The position numbers and the translations under genes were made by a program. From positions 1 to 60,240 of the forward strand of contig JBFIML010000026.1 of NCBI GenBank assembly GCA_041611735.1: DNA of 60,240 nt. The letters are read 5' to 3'. The stretch is from Myxococcota bacterium (GTDB taxonomy: Bacteria; Myxococcota_A; UBA9160; PR03). Below are positions 37,268-47,228 of the stretch, piece by piece (the first letter of the stretch is position 1; each line of letters opens with the position of its first letter). The notes under the pieces are model-generated. The model searched no databases. It saw only the letters and a list, made by a program, of their open reading frames with translations, and was not told where the DNA came from.

Positions 37268-38581
37268 TCACTCCTGCCACAGCCGCCGCCACCAGGGCTC
37301 CGGGTCCGCCCCCCCGCCCAGGGCCAGGCGCGTGCGGATCTCCGCCAGGTTCCAGCCCGTGAGCGAGGCGAGGGTGCGGGCCTGGCGCTCCCCGCGCTCC
37401 TCGAGCTGGCGGCGATAGGCCTCCGCCTCCGGACAGCGGGTCGGGCCGGTCCACGGGTGGCGCAGCACGTAGCGGCCCTGGAAGTTGGCGCGATCGCCGG
37501 TTTCGTGGAAACGCAGGTCGTCCGGGAAGTGCTCGGCGTCGTAGCGCACGTGCAGCCGCGTCAGGAACACGTTCGGCGCGCTCCCGCGCGAGGCGTCACC
37601 TCCCAGCCAGAAGACGCCGAGCTCGCGCAGCTCGCCGGGCGAGAGCGGGTCCGCGGCGCACGGGTCGCACCAGGCCATGTCCCAGGCGTACTCCAGGAAG
37701 ACGGCCCGCATGGACTCGCGTCGCACCTGCTCGGCGAACAGGTCGCGGTAGAAGGACGCGAACTCGTCCTTCACGAAGAGCGGGACCTCCGCGTCCGAGG
37801 GGAGCCGGACGGTGCGGTAGTTGGTGGTCTCCACGCGGCCAGTCCGCGTGAGCGCGTAGATCAGGAGATCCTGGGGCCCGTCGGCGTTGACGGTGCCGAG
37901 GCGGATCGGGAGCATGAACTTGGGGCTCTCGTAGGCCACCTGGAGCGGCCGCAGGAAGCTGGTGCCGAGCCGGGCCTGCTGGTCCAGGTTGACGCGCGCC
38001 ACGAAGAAGCGCATGCCCTGCTTCAGGTAGCTAGCCACGATGGGCTCGGCGCCGTCGGGAATCCGATAGCCGGTCTCGCGCAGCCAGCGCAGCAGTCCGC
38101 GGCTCTCCGCCGCGGAGAGGATCAGGATGTCGTACTCGCCTACCGTGTAGCGGGCCTCGATGGTGACGCCGAGGCTGCGCGCGCGCGCCTCCTCGGGCGC
38201 GGCCGACTGCTTCGAGGCGTCTGCACGCCCCTCGAGCGTCATGCGCCGCGCACAGGGGTCGGAGTCGAAGTACTCGACCAGGCGTGGGGCGGAGTAGGCA
38301 TCCAGATGGTCCACCAGCGCCGGATCCGCCACGTGGATCTGCTCGCGCTGGATCCGGGTGGGCACGGGGATCACCACCGCGAACTCCGCCGGGTCTCCGC
38401 GATAGTCGTTGGCCATGGTGAGCACGGTCCGATCGCCATCGCGCACCAGTACGACGCGGGACGCCCGGTTGAATAGGCGCGCGTCGGCCCGCGCCACGTA
38501 GAAGCCACAGAAGGCCTGGGCGGGCTCAGGGGCCAGCAGACAACCGAGCAGGAACAGGACGAGGATGCGGAAGCGGGACAT
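37268..38581 (-). CDS. DUF2330 domain secreted protein
   Basis: Signal peptide ending AQA, FCGFYV, LTMANDYRG, YSAPRLVEYFD.DPC, LPIRLG, WCDPC, TRLH.RY. Confidence 0.82.
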   Translation of the reverse strand: MSRFRILVLFLLGCLLAPEPAQAFCGFYVARADARLFNRASRVVLVRDGDRTVLTMANDYRGDPAEFAVVIPVPTRIQREQIHVADPALVDHLDAYSAPRLVEYFDSDPCARRMTLEGRADASKQSAAPEEARARSLGVTIEARYTVGEYDILILSAAESRGLLRWLRETGYRIPDGAEPIVASYLKQGMRFFVARVNLDQQARLGTSFLRPLQVAYESPKFMLPIRLGTVNADGPQDLLIYALTRTGRVETTNYRTVRLPSDAEVPLFVKDEFASFYRDLFAEQVRRESMRAVFLEYAWDMAWCDPCAADPLSPGELRELGVFWLGGDASRGSAPNVFLTRLHVRYDAEHFPDDLRFHETGDRANFQGRYVLRHPWTGPTRCPEAEAYRRQLEERGERQARTLASLTGWNLAEIRTRLALGGGADPEPWWRRLWQE

Positions 38582-39413
38582 GGGATTCTCCTTTCGGTGC
38601 GAGGGTCGGCGAAGCAGGCCAGCGATAGGCCGGCCCGGGAAGCCAGCGGTCCAGCAGCGGCACCCAGGGCGCGCAGAGGACCAGCGCCCACAGCAGCCCG
38701 TGGGGGCGGTACAGCCCGAACTCGATGGCGGCGCCCAGGAGCGCCACGTTGGCGGCGAAGAGCAGGCGGCCCGGGCGCGAGGCCGGGGTCGTCTTCGGAT
38801 CCGAGATCATGAAGAAGGCGAACACCAGCAGCGCGCCGCTCTGGATCTGGCGCAGCGGGATGCTCCAGGGGTCGCCCAGCCACGCCGCGCGCCCGAAGAG
38901 CAGCGCCACCCAGCTGCCGAGCAGCGCCCCGGTGACGTCGGCGCGGGCGGCGCGATTCACGACGATTCCGCCCAGGCACGCCAGCGCGAAGGCGAACAGG
39001 GCCACGCTCCCCCATTGCCCCGGCGAGACCCACACGCGGTCGCTCGCCGCCATCATGACGCAGAGGCCGAAGTTGGTGGGGTTGAAGACGTGACGTCCGC
39101 GCACGCGGATCAGGAACTTGCTCGCGATGGTCAACACCGCCGTTGCAGCGGCCCACGGCCACGCGGCCGCGCGCAGCAGCAGACACAAGGAGAGACCCGA
39201 GATCAGGGCGCTGCGCGGATCGAAACCGCGCACGCCCCGCATGCGCTCGAAGACGAACTGCGTGGCGAGGGTGGTCGCCAGAACCAGGCTGGCCCGGCCG
39301 GGCTCGATCTGGAAGTCGAGCGCCAGCACTCCGTAGGCGAGGAGCGCAGCCAGCACGACGATCTGGTAGTGACGCGGATCGCGACGGCTTCGCACGGCGG
39401 CCCTCCGCTGCAC
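38526..39413 (-). CDS. RnfD/NqrB-like (UnbU-like) integral membrane protein
   Basis: DPRHYQI, SALISGLSL.LLLR, SKF......HVFNPTNFG, FFMISDPKTTP. Confidence 0.78.
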   Translation of the reverse strand: MQRRAAVRSRRDPRHYQIVVLAALLAYGVLALDFQIEPGRASLVLATTLATQFVFERMRGVRGFDPRSALISGLSLCLLLRAAAWPWAAATAVLTIASKFLIRVRGRHVFNPTNFGLCVMMAASDRVWVSPGQWGSVALFAFALACLGGIVVNRAARADVTGALLGSWVALLFGRAAWLGDPWSIPLRQIQSGALLVFAFFMISDPKTTPASRPGRLLFAANVALLGAAIEFGLYRPHGLLWALVLCAPWVPLLDRWLPGPAYRWPASPTLAPKGESHVPLPHPRPVPARLSAGP

Positions 39414-39439
39414 GCCCGGGTGCGTGGTTCCTGGGGGAT

Positions 39440-39466
39440 AGGTCTGCGGAGGTGGAAGAACGGATC
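39440..39466 (-). promoter_or_regulatory. Candidate ECF promoter GATCCG-N15-AGACCT
   Basis: Upstream of the RnfD-like/DUF2330 operon; same bipartite motif as 40076-40103. Confidence 0.55.
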
Positions 39467-39517
39467 ACGGGCGGGAGCGACGGATCGCGGAAGGCCCTGC
39501 GCTAGGCTTTTGCAAGG

Positions 39518-40159
39518 ATGTCCGGGGCGGCGGACGACTGGAACGCGGTCCTGGAGCGGTTGCTGGCCGGCGACCGCGAGGCCTTTGCACGTTTCAACCG
39601 CCTGCTGACCGGCTTCCTCGTCCAGCTGCGTGCCTACGACTTCCGCGAGGAGTGGGAGGACCTGCGGCAGGAGGTGCTGGCGGCGGTGCTCGGCAACCTG
39701 CGCGCCGGCCGCCTGCGCGATCCGCAAGCGCTCGTCGGCTACGTGCGCATCATCACCCGCAACAAGTTCGTGGATCGCCTGAAACACGACCTGCGCCACC
39801 CCGAGGGCCGGGCCCTGCCCTGGGACGAGGAGACGGCGCGCGCCGCACCCGCCCCGGCCGAGCCCGCCTGGCAGGCGACGCAACGCGCCCAGGTGTGGGC
39901 GGCAGTGGCGGCGCTCCCGGAGGAGGAGCGCCGGGTCGTGGAGGGCGTCTACCGGGACGGCGGAAGCTACGAGGAGGTGAGCCGCGCCACCGGCCTACCG
40001 CTGGGGACCTTGAAGCGCCGTCTGCGCGAGGCCGTGGCCACGCTGCGGACGCGGCTCGGGACGCCATCGGGAATCGATCCGGGTCCCTCCCTGGCGGAGA
40101 CCTCCCAGGAGGGAAGGTTCGCCAGCCCCGCGCGGCGCGGGGTCCGGGAGGAGCCGTGA
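39518..40159 (+). CDS. ECF sigma factor (group 4)
   Basis: GDREAF, EDLRQEV, RIITRNKFVD region 2; LPEEER..SYEEVS..GLPLGTLKRRL region 4. Confidence 0.9.
   Translation: MSGAADDWNAVLERLLAGDREAFARFNRLLTGFLVQLRAYDFREEWEDLRQEVLAAVLGNLRAGRLRDPQALVGYVRIITRNKFVDRLKHDLRHPEGRALPWDEETARAAPAPAEPAWQATQRAQVWAAVAALPEEERRVVEGVYRDGGSYEEVSRATGLPLGTLKRRLREAVATLRTRLGTPSGIDPGPSLAETSQEGRFASPARRGVREEP
40076..40103 (+). promoter_or_regulatory. Candidate internal ECF promoter GATCCG-N16-AGACCT for the anti-sigma
   Basis: Inside the ECF 3' tail, about 50 nt before the anti-sigma start. Confidence 0.5.
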
Positions 40160-41262
40160 GCTGCCAGCGCGCGCTCGAGATCGATCTGCTGGGCTTCCTC
40201 GATGACCCGCGCTCCTCCGAGCACGCAACCTTCCGCGACCACTACCCGCGCTGCCCGTGGTGCGCCGCGGAGGTGCGGGCCTGGAGCGAGCTGCGGCAGC
40301 AGCTCGCCGGCCCGGCGTCGGACCCGGAGCACCCGGCCCCGGAGCGGCTGGCGCGCTACGCCGCGGGGTCGGAAGCTCTGACCGCCACGGATCGCGCCGG
40401 CCTGGAGGCGCATCTGGCGGCCTGCGCCCCGTGCCGCGACGAGCTCGGCGGGCTGCGCCGCTTCGACCCCGCACGCTGGGCCGCCGCGGCACCCGCGCGG
40501 CCGGCCGGGCAGCGGGGCGGAGCGTCCTGGTTCGGGGCCCTGGGGCGGCTGCTCTGGCACCCGGCCTTCGCCTACGCCCTTGCCGGTCTGCTGCTCGTGC
40601 CGGCCGTCTACCGCACGCTGCGCCCGGCCGTGGTGTCCGAGCCGGCGCCGGTGATCGCCATGGCGGAGCGCGCTTCGGAGCCCGAAGGCGTCCTGGAAGG
40701 GGTTCTGGCCTCCGAGGGGCGTGAGGCCCCGGCGGCCAAGGCGAAGCCGGCGACGCAAGCCCCGGCCGCGGAGCGGCTGGAGCACTTCGCAACCGGGCGC
40801 GCCGACGCACCGCTCGGCGAGCCGCCGGCCCCCGAGGAGAAGCCGGAAGCGGAAGCCCTCGCGCAGGAGGCCCGCGACCTGGCCGGGCTCGCCGCCGCCC
40901 CCGCCGAGACCCGCAAGCGCGCCGCCGCCGACACCGTCTCGCCCGCCGAGCCGACGTTGGTGCTGCCCGAGTTGCGGCTGCGGGCCCAGGGAACCACGCG
41001 GGTGGTGGCCGGCGTGGCCCTGGCGGGTCTGCGCCTGCGCCTGCCCCTGCGCCTGCCCGACACCGGTCCCGTGGTGGTGCGCGTCGTCGAGATCCAGGGG
41101 GACCGGGAGGTCCGCCAGCGCAGCTTCGCCGCGCCGAGCATGGCGACCCTGCCGCTGGCGCTCCCGCCCGGCTGGCTGCGACCCGGCAGCTACCGGGTGG
41201 AGCTTCGCGTGGGCTCGACCGAGGCGCCCCCCCGGACCTTTCGCCTCGAAGTGGTTCCCTAG
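40156..41262 (+). CDS. Membrane-anchored anti-sigma factor with two zf-HC2 (ZAS) motifs
   Basis: HYPRCPWC and HLAACAPC (HxxxCxxC), one TM segment, Ala/Pro/Glu-rich linker, beta-rich C-terminus; GTGA overlap with ECF. Confidence 0.8.
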   Translation: MSCQRALEIDLLGFLDDPRSSEHATFRDHYPRCPWCAAEVRAWSELRQQLAGPASDPEHPAPERLARYAAGSEALTATDRAGLEAHLAACAPCRDELGGLRRFDPARWAAAAPARPAGQRGGASWFGALGRLLWHPAFAYALAGLLLVPAVYRTLRPAVVSEPAPVIAMAERASEPEGVLEGVLASEGREAPAAKAKPATQAPAAERLEHFATGRADAPLGEPPAPEEKPEAEALAQEARDLAGLAAAPAETRKRAAADTVSPAEPTLVLPELRLRAQGTTRVVAGVALAGLRLRLPLRLPDTGPVVVRVVEIQGDREVRQRSFAAPSMATLPLALPPGWLRPGSYRVELRVGSTEAPPRTFRLEVVP

Positions 41263-42260
41263 TGGGAGCCTGAATCGCGACTGGGCGCCACGTCCGGGCC
41301 GAGGGCGCGCAGTCCCGCCTCGCGACCCACCACGGGCCGGTAGCCGAGCTCGCGCCGGGCGAGGGTGTCGTCCACGCTGACCTCCTCGCCGATCAGGCGC
41401 ACGGCGGTGCGGGTGAGAGGCGGTGCGCCGCCCAGGCGGAGTGCGCGCCACACCAGCTCCCCGGCTGCGGCCACGCCCCGCGCCAGCCCACGCGGGAGGC
41501 TGCGCCCGCCGGGGTCGAGCCCCTGGCTGGCCAGCAGCGCGGTCAGGAAGGCGCGCATTTCGACGGGTTCCCCATCGGTGAGGAAGTAGATCGCCCCGGG
41601 GCGGCCCCGCTCCGCCGCCAGCACACAGCCCTCGGCCACGTTCGCCACGTGGCAGGTGGAGGTCGGGTAGCGACCCCCCGCGATCCAGACGAAGCGACCG
41701 CTGCGCACCGCCTCGGCGACCTTCGGGAGCAGCGAGGTGTCGCCGGCCCCCCAGACCAGGCGCGGCCGCACGATCACCGTGGCCAGGTCGGGACCATTGG
41801 CCGCCAGCACGCGCTCCTCCGCCAGGCCCTTGCTCCAGGGATACAGGCCCATGGGACGGCGCGGACGCGGGCGCGTCTCGTCCACTTGCACGATCGGGCC
41901 CCCGCCCACCAGCACCGCCTCGGTGCTCACGTGGACCAGCCGGCGCACCTCGGCGGCGCGGGCGGCCTCGAGCACGTGCTCGGTGCCCACCACGTTGACG
42001 CGCTGGAAGTCCTGCTTCGCTCCCCAATCCTCGACCTTGGCGGCGGCGTGGAAGACCCACGGGCAGCCGCGCATCCCCTCGCGCAGCCGCGCCGGGTCAT
42101 CGAGATCGCCTTCCACGGGCTCGGCGCCGGCGCGCCCTACGAGGCCGGCCGCCCCGGGCGAACGGGCCAGGGCGCGCACGGGGAAGTTCCGCTCGCGCAG
42201 GGCGGCGATCAGGTGCCGACCCACGAAGCCCGAGCCACCGGTCACGAAGGCGCTGGGCAC
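41259..42260 (-). CDS. NAD-dependent epimerase/dehydratase (3-beta-HSD-like extended SDR)
   Basis: VTGGSGFVG, HAAA, YPWSK catalytic YxxxK, RPRLVWGAGD. Confidence 0.88.
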   Translation of the reverse strand: MPSAFVTGGSGFVGRHLIAALRERNFPVRALARSPGAAGLVGRAGAEPVEGDLDDPARLREGMRGCPWVFHAAAKVEDWGAKQDFQRVNVVGTEHVLEAARAAEVRRLVHVSTEAVLVGGGPIVQVDETRPRPRRPMGLYPWSKGLAEERVLAANGPDLATVIVRPRLVWGAGDTSLLPKVAEAVRSGRFVWIAGGRYPTSTCHVANVAEGCVLAAERGRPGAIYFLTDGEPVEMRAFLTALLASQGLDPGGRSLPRGLARGVAAAGELVWRALRLGGAPPLTRTAVRLIGEEVSVDDTLARRELGYRPVVGREAGLRALGPDVAPSRDSGSH

Positions 42261-42264
42261 GGCC

Positions 42265-42576
42265 TCAGTGGGTGGCGCCCGCGTTGGCCGAGATCCGCCC
42301 GCGGATTGCCTGGACGAGCCGCACCGCGCTGAGCACGCCACCCGAGGCAAACACGGCGGCGAGCAGCCCGAAGGCCACGAGGGCCAGGGTCCGCTCGTCC
42401 TGCCAGGCATCCCGGCAGAGCTTCAGGAAGAAGGCGAGCAGTGCCACGTAGAGGGCCAGGGTCCCCAGCCACTCCACCACAACCCGGCGCCGCCCGGGCG
42501 CCGAGAACGAAACCACGAGCCAGGCCAGCGCCGCCGCGGCGGCGGCCGCCAGTGCGGTCACTCCGAGGACGCTCAT
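42265..42576 (-). CDS. Small hypothetical membrane protein (about 3 TM)
   Basis: GGAGG SD, three hydrophobic segments, stop 4 nt before the epimerase start. Confidence 0.6.
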   Translation of the reverse strand: MSVLGVTALAAAAAAALAWLVVSFSAPGRRRVVVEWLGTLALYVALLAFFLKLCRDAWQDERTLALVAFGLLAAVFASGGVLSAVRLVQAIRGRISANAGATH

Positions 42577-42647
42577 CGCAGCCTCCCGCGAACGACACGG
42601 AACGGGTACCACCCGGCGCAGCCGGGCTCAAGCGGTGGGGATTCTCT

Positions 42648-44063
42648 ATGCTCCGGCTTGTCTCGACGGATCACCCGATGCCCGACCTGCTCCGCACCCT
42701 GCGCTGCCGCAACGCCCACCGGCCGGGCGTGCTGGGACGCCTGGCCACCGCCGTCGGGGCCGCCGGCGCCAACCTGGGGGACATCCGCACGGTCTGGGTG
42801 GGCCCCGAGCACATCGTCCGCGACCTGGACATCCTCGTGGCCGACGAGGAGATGCTGCGGCGGACGGTCGGGTCGGTGAGCGCGGTGGACGGGGTGGACC
42901 TCCTCGACGTGATCGACGAGGTCCACGAGTTCCACCTGGACGGCAAGCTCGAGGTGCGCCCCACCCACCCGGTGCGCACGCTGCACGACCTGCGACGCGC
43001 CTACACCCCGGGCGTCGCCGAGGTGGCCCGCTCCATCCAGAAGCGGCCGGAGGACGCCTACCGCTACACGATCCGCGGCAAGACCGTGGCGATCGTGACC
43101 AACGGAACCCGCGTGCTCGGTCTGGGCAACGTGGGACCGCTGGCAGCCCTGCCGGTGATGGAGGGCAAGGCCGCGCTCCTGCATCAGTTCGTGGGGTTGT
43201 CGGCGTTCCCCCTGGTGCTCGACACCCGGGACGCCGACGCGTTCGTCGAGACCGTGCAGCGGGTCGCCCTCGGCTTCGCGGCGATCCAGCTGGAGGACAT
43301 CGAGTCGCCGGTCTGCTTCGAGGTCGAGCAGCGGCTGGTGGAAAGCCTCGAGATGCCCGTCCTGCACGATGACCAGCACGGCACCGCGGTGGCGGTGCTA
43401 GCCGCGGCGAGCAACGCCATGAGCCGGGCGGGGCTCGACCTGGACGGAGCGCGGGTGGGAGTGATCGGACTCGGCGCGGCGGGCACCGCCATCGCCCGCA
43501 TGCTGAGCGAGGTCACCGACCAGCCCGTGCTCGGCTTCGATCCGGCCCCCGACGCCATGGAGCGGCTGCGCAGCCTGGGCGGAGAAGCGACCGCGGGCCT
43601 CGAGGACCTGATGCGGCGCGCGGATCTCGTGGTGGCGGTCACGGGGCGGGCGGACCTGATTCCGGAGTCGCTGGTGCGGCGCGAGCAGGTGATCCTGGCC
43701 CTCACCAACCCCGATCCGGAGATCCACCCCGAGGCGGCACTCGCCGCCGGAGCCGCCTTCGCGGCGGACGGGCGCTCGGTCAACAACCTGCTCGGCTACC
43801 CGGGCATCCTGCGCGCGGCCATCGACTGTCGGGCGCGGCGCATCGTGCCCGCCATGTACGTGGCGGCGGCCGGGGCCATCGCCGAGCGGGCGCGCGAGAA
43901 CGAGCTGGTGCCGAACCCCCTGCGCCGGGACGTCCACCGGGCCGTGGCCCGAGCCGTGGCGGAGGCGGCCCAGAAGGCGGGGGTGGCCCGGACGCCGGTG
44001 CCCAGCGACTACCAGCTGGACGATCGTCGGCGCCGCGTCGAAGACGGGGCCCGGTCGGACTAG
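42648..44063 (+). CDS. NAD(P)-dependent malic enzyme with N-terminal ACT domain
   Basis: [49 protein letters not shown]. Confidence 0.9.
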   Translation: MLRLVSTDHPMPDLLRTLRCRNAHRPGVLGRLATAVGAAGANLGDIRTVWVGPEHIVRDLDILVADEEMLRRTVGSVSAVDGVDLLDVIDEVHEFHLDGKLEVRPTHPVRTLHDLRRAYTPGVAEVARSIQKRPEDAYRYTIRGKTVAIVTNGTRVLGLGNVGPLAALPVMEGKAALLHQFVGLSAFPLVLDTRDADAFVETVQRVALGFAAIQLEDIESPVCFEVEQRLVESLEMPVLHDDQHGTAVAVLAAASNAMSRAGLDLDGARVGVIGLGAAGTAIARMLSEVTDQPVLGFDPAPDAMERLRSLGGEATAGLEDLMRRADLVVAVTGRADLIPESLVRREQVILALTNPDPEIHPEAALAAGAAFAADGRSVNNLLGYPGILRAAIDCRARRIVPAMYVAAAGAIAERARENELVPNPLRRDVHRAVARAVAEAAQKAGVARTPVPSDYQLDDRRRRVEDGARSD

Positions 44064-46093
44064 GACTCGTCCCGATGCAGGTGCTCGAGGACCCGGGCGG
44101 CCAGCCGGTCCGGCGTGAAGCCGTACTCGTGGGCGAGCGCCGTGTAGGGGGCCGACGCCCCGAAGCGCTCGATCCCGTACACCAGGCCGCGCGGGCCCAC
44201 GAGTCCGCGCCAGCTCTCGCCGCGCGCCGCCTCCACCGCCACCACCGGCGTCCCGTCGTCGGGGACGAGGGCGCGCCGCTCGGACTCCGGGCGGGCGCGG
44301 AAGAGCTCGAGGCTCGGAACCGAGACCACCCGCGGCGCCACCCCCTCGGAGCGCAGCTTGCCCGCAGCCTCCAGGGCCAGGGGGACCTCGGAGCCGCTGG
44401 CGAGCAGCACCACGTCGGGTCGGCCCTCGGCCTCGGCCACCGTGTAGGCGCCCCCCCAGACCGCCTCGTGCCGGAACGGCACCTCGCGCCGCAGGGCGGG
44501 CACGGTCTGGCGCGTGAGCGCCAGGGCAACGGGGCCGCGGGCGCGCTCGGCGAACCAGGCCCAGGCCAGGGCCGTCTCCACCCCGTCCGCGGGCCGGAAG
44601 ACCGTGAGGCCCGGGATCGCACGCAGCGCATCCAGGTGCTCGATCGGCTGGTGGGTAGGACCGTCCTCGCCCAGGAAGATCGAGTCGTGGGTGAACACGA
44701 AGGCCACCCGCAGCCCCATCAGCGCCGCCAGCCGGATCGAGGGCCGCATGTAGTCGCTGAAGACCAGGAAGGTCCCGGCGAAGGGCACGAAGGTGCCGTC
44801 CAGGGCGATGCCGTTGTTCACCGCCGCCATGGCGTGCTCGCGCACGCCGAAGTGGAGGTTGCGGCCGGCGTAGGGATCGGCGCCGTCGCCCGCCGCGGGC
44901 CCCACGTCGCCGCCGTTCTCGATGCGCGTCAGGTTCGACTCGGCCAGGTCGGCGGAGCCGCCCACCAGGAAGGGGGCCAGGGCGGCCAGGCGCTGGATCA
45001 CGGTGCCGGAGTGCTTGCGGGTGGCGGCGTCCTGTCCCTCGAGGCCTTCGGCCAGGCTGCTCGCGACGCCCTCCACGCTTCGCGCCCGGTGCCGGTCCCA
45101 CGACGCCGCGAGATCCGGGTTCGCGCGACGCCACGCGGCGAGCCGCTCGTCGGCGGCGCGGCGCTCGGCCTGCTTGGCCCGGCGCCGCGACTCGAACCAA
45201 CCGCGCACGTCGTCCGGGATCCACAGCTCCGGCTCCAGGGGCCAGCCGAGCGACTGCTTGGTGAGGCGCGCCTCCTCGGCACCCAGGGGAGCCCCGTGCA
45301 CCTTGGCGGTGCCCGCCTTGTGAGGGCTCCCGAAGCCGATGACGGTGCGCAGGATCACGAGGGACGGTCGCTCGGCCTCGCCGCGCGCCGCCGCCAGGGC
45401 CCGCTCCAGGCCGTCCACGTCCTCCGCGTCGAGGCGCTGCACGTGCCAGCCCTGGGCCTCGAAGCGACGGCCCACGTCCTCGCCGAAGGCCAGGCGGGTG
45501 GGGCCGTCGATGGTGATGCGGTTGTCGTCGTAGAGGTAGATCAGGTTGCCCAGGCGCAGGTGCCCGGCCAGGGAGGCGGCCTCGCTGGCGACCCCTTCCA
45601 TCAGATCGCCGTCGCTCACCACGCCATAGACGAAGTGGTGGCCGGGCCCGTCGCCGTCCACCCCGAAGCGGGCGCGGGTCATGCGCGCCGCCAGCGCCAT
45701 GCCGACGCCGTTGGCGAAGCCCTGGCCCAGCGGGCCGGTGGTGGTCTCGACGCCCGGCGTGAGGCCGTACTCCGGGTGGCCCGGCGTGCGCGAGTGGAGC
45801 TGCCGGAAGCGGGCGATCTCCTCCAGCGGCAGGTCGTAGCCCCATAGGTGCAGCATGGCGTAGAGCAGCATCGAGGCGTGCCCGGCGGAGAGCACGAAGC
45901 GGTCGCGCAGCGGCCAGTGCGGATCGGTCGGATCGAAGCGCAGGTGGCCGTCCCACAACTCGAGCACGGGGCCCGCCAGCCCCATGGGCGCGCCGGGGTG
46001 ACCGGAGCGGGCGCGCTCCACCGCGTCCACCGCGAGGAAGCGGATCGTATTGGTGATGCGCTCCCGGAGCGCCGGGGCCAGATCTGTCGTCAT
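44060..46093 (-). CDS. tkt: Transketolase
   Basis: [38 protein letters not shown]. Confidence 0.96.
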   Translation of the reverse strand: MTTDLAPALRERITNTIRFLAVDAVERARSGHPGAPMGLAGPVLELWDGHLRFDPTDPHWPLRDRFVLSAGHASMLLYAMLHLWGYDLPLEEIARFRQLHSRTPGHPEYGLTPGVETTTGPLGQGFANGVGMALAARMTRARFGVDGDGPGHHFVYGVVSDGDLMEGVASEAASLAGHLRLGNLIYLYDDNRITIDGPTRLAFGEDVGRRFEAQGWHVQRLDAEDVDGLERALAAARGEAERPSLVILRTVIGFGSPHKAGTAKVHGAPLGAEEARLTKQSLGWPLEPELWIPDDVRGWFESRRRAKQAERRAADERLAAWRRANPDLAASWDRHRARSVEGVASSLAEGLEGQDAATRKHSGTVIQRLAALAPFLVGGSADLAESNLTRIENGGDVGPAAGDGADPYAGRNLHFGVREHAMAAVNNGIALDGTFVPFAGTFLVFSDYMRPSIRLAALMGLRVAFVFTHDSIFLGEDGPTHQPIEHLDALRAIPGLTVFRPADGVETALAWAWFAERARGPVALALTRQTVPALRREVPFRHEAVWGGAYTVAEAEGRPDVVLLASGSEVPLALEAAGKLRSEGVAPRVVSVPSLELFRARPESERRALVPDDGTPVVAVEAARGESWRGLVGPRGLVYGIERFGASAPYTALAHEYGFTPDRLAARVLEHLHRDES

Positions 46094-46171
46094 CGCTCCT
46101 CCGTCGGAGGATCGGGCGGGGACGGAGGGACGATACCGTGTCGCAGCGGAGGCGGGAACTGCCGGAGAAGG

Positions 46172-46207
46172 CGGCGCCCGGAACGCCGTTTGACGCTCCG
46201 GGCGCCG
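46172..46207 (-). terminator. Stem-loop after the hsp20 pair (possible terminator)
   Basis: 11-bp stem CGGCGCCCGGA/TCCGGGCGCCG just after the stop; only a weak pyrimidine tract follows. Confidence 0.35.
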
Positions 46208-46212
46208 GCGCC

Positions 46213-46614
46213 TCAGGCGCCCTGGATCGGGATCCGACGGGGCCGCACCGCCTCCGCCTTGGGCAGCTCGAGCTCGAGGACGCCGTTCCGCATGCGCGCG
46301 CTGATCTTCGAGGCGTCGATGCGGTCCGAGAGCCGGAACTGCCGGTGGAAGCCCCCCAGGCGGTACTCGTTGTAGAGCGGCACCCAGTCGGCGGCCGGCT
46401 CCACGGCCAGGCTGGCGTCGATGGAGAGGACGTCGTCCTCGAGCCGCACCTTCACGTGTTCCTCGTCCACGCCCGGGAGGTCGGCGGTCAGCACGTAGGC
46501 GTCGCGCCGCTCCACGATGTCCACGTCGGGCCGGAAGAGCACACCCTCCCGGGTGGCCTCCCGCTCCACGGCCTGCTTCTCGCGCGTCTGGATCTCGCGG
46601 GTCTCGTCGACCAT
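46213..46614 (-). CDS. Hsp20/alpha-crystallin small heat-shock protein
   Basis: [23 protein letters not shown]. Confidence 0.92.
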   Translation of the reverse strand: MVDETREIQTREKQAVEREATREGVLFRPDVDIVERRDAYVLTADLPGVDEEHVKVRLEDDVLSIDASLAVEPAADWVPLYNEYRLGGFHRQFRLSDRIDASKISARMRNGVLELELPKAEAVRPRRIPIQGA

Positions 46615-46629
46615 GACTCTCCTCCTCCC

Positions 46630-47082
46630 TCAGCTCCGCGACACCGCAATCTGGCGGGGGCGATGGGCAGCAGCCTTCGGCAGGCGCAGCAGCAGCACGC
46701 CGTGGCGGTAGCTCGCCTCCGTCTTGTCGGCGTCCACCTCCAGGGGCAGCTCCACCACGCGCCGGAAGATGCCCGCCTGCCGCTCGCGCCGGTGCACGCC
46801 GGTCTCGGGCTGGTCGGGATACTCGATCCTGCGCTCCCCGCGCAGGGTCACGCGGCTGCCTTCGATGGAGACGTGCAGGTCCTCCTCGGGCACCCCGGGG
46901 ACCTCGGCGGTGAGAACGTAGCCGTCCTCGTTCTCGTACAGGTTCACGGGCGGGTAGACCTGGCCGCGCCCGGCCGTGCGTTCACGGTCCCAGCGTCGGA
47001 ACAGGCCCGCCACCTCGTCTCGCATCTGATCGAGCGGCCCGAACGGATCGCTCGGCCAGCGGGTCAAGCCGAACAGGTCCAT
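46630..47082 (-). CDS. Hsp20/alpha-crystallin small heat-shock protein
   Basis: [39 protein letters not shown]. Confidence 0.92.
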   Translation of the reverse strand: MDLFGLTRWPSDPFGPLDQMRDEVAGLFRRWDRERTAGRGQVYPPVNLYENEDGYVLTAEVPGVPEEDLHVSIEGSRVTLRGERRIEYPDQPETGVHRRERQAGIFRRVVELPLEVDADKTEASYRHGVLLLRLPKAAAHRPRQIAVSRS

Positions 47083-47228
47083 GGCAATTCCTCCTTGCAC
47101 GGATGTCTAAGCACGCGTCCGGGCGGGTCAAGCTGGGTCGGCGGCGGCGCGAGGCGACGGGGCGCGCGGATCGGCCTGCTCCCCACGGGGTGGGCGGGAA
47201 GACGAGCCCGGTCCCATACCATCGGGCG

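Noticed and set aside
47083-47228. CIRCE or ROSE element upstream of hsp20 genes
   Set aside because: No TTAGCACTC-N9-GAGTGCTAA match; only a CTTGAC -35-like hexamer with an ambiguous -10
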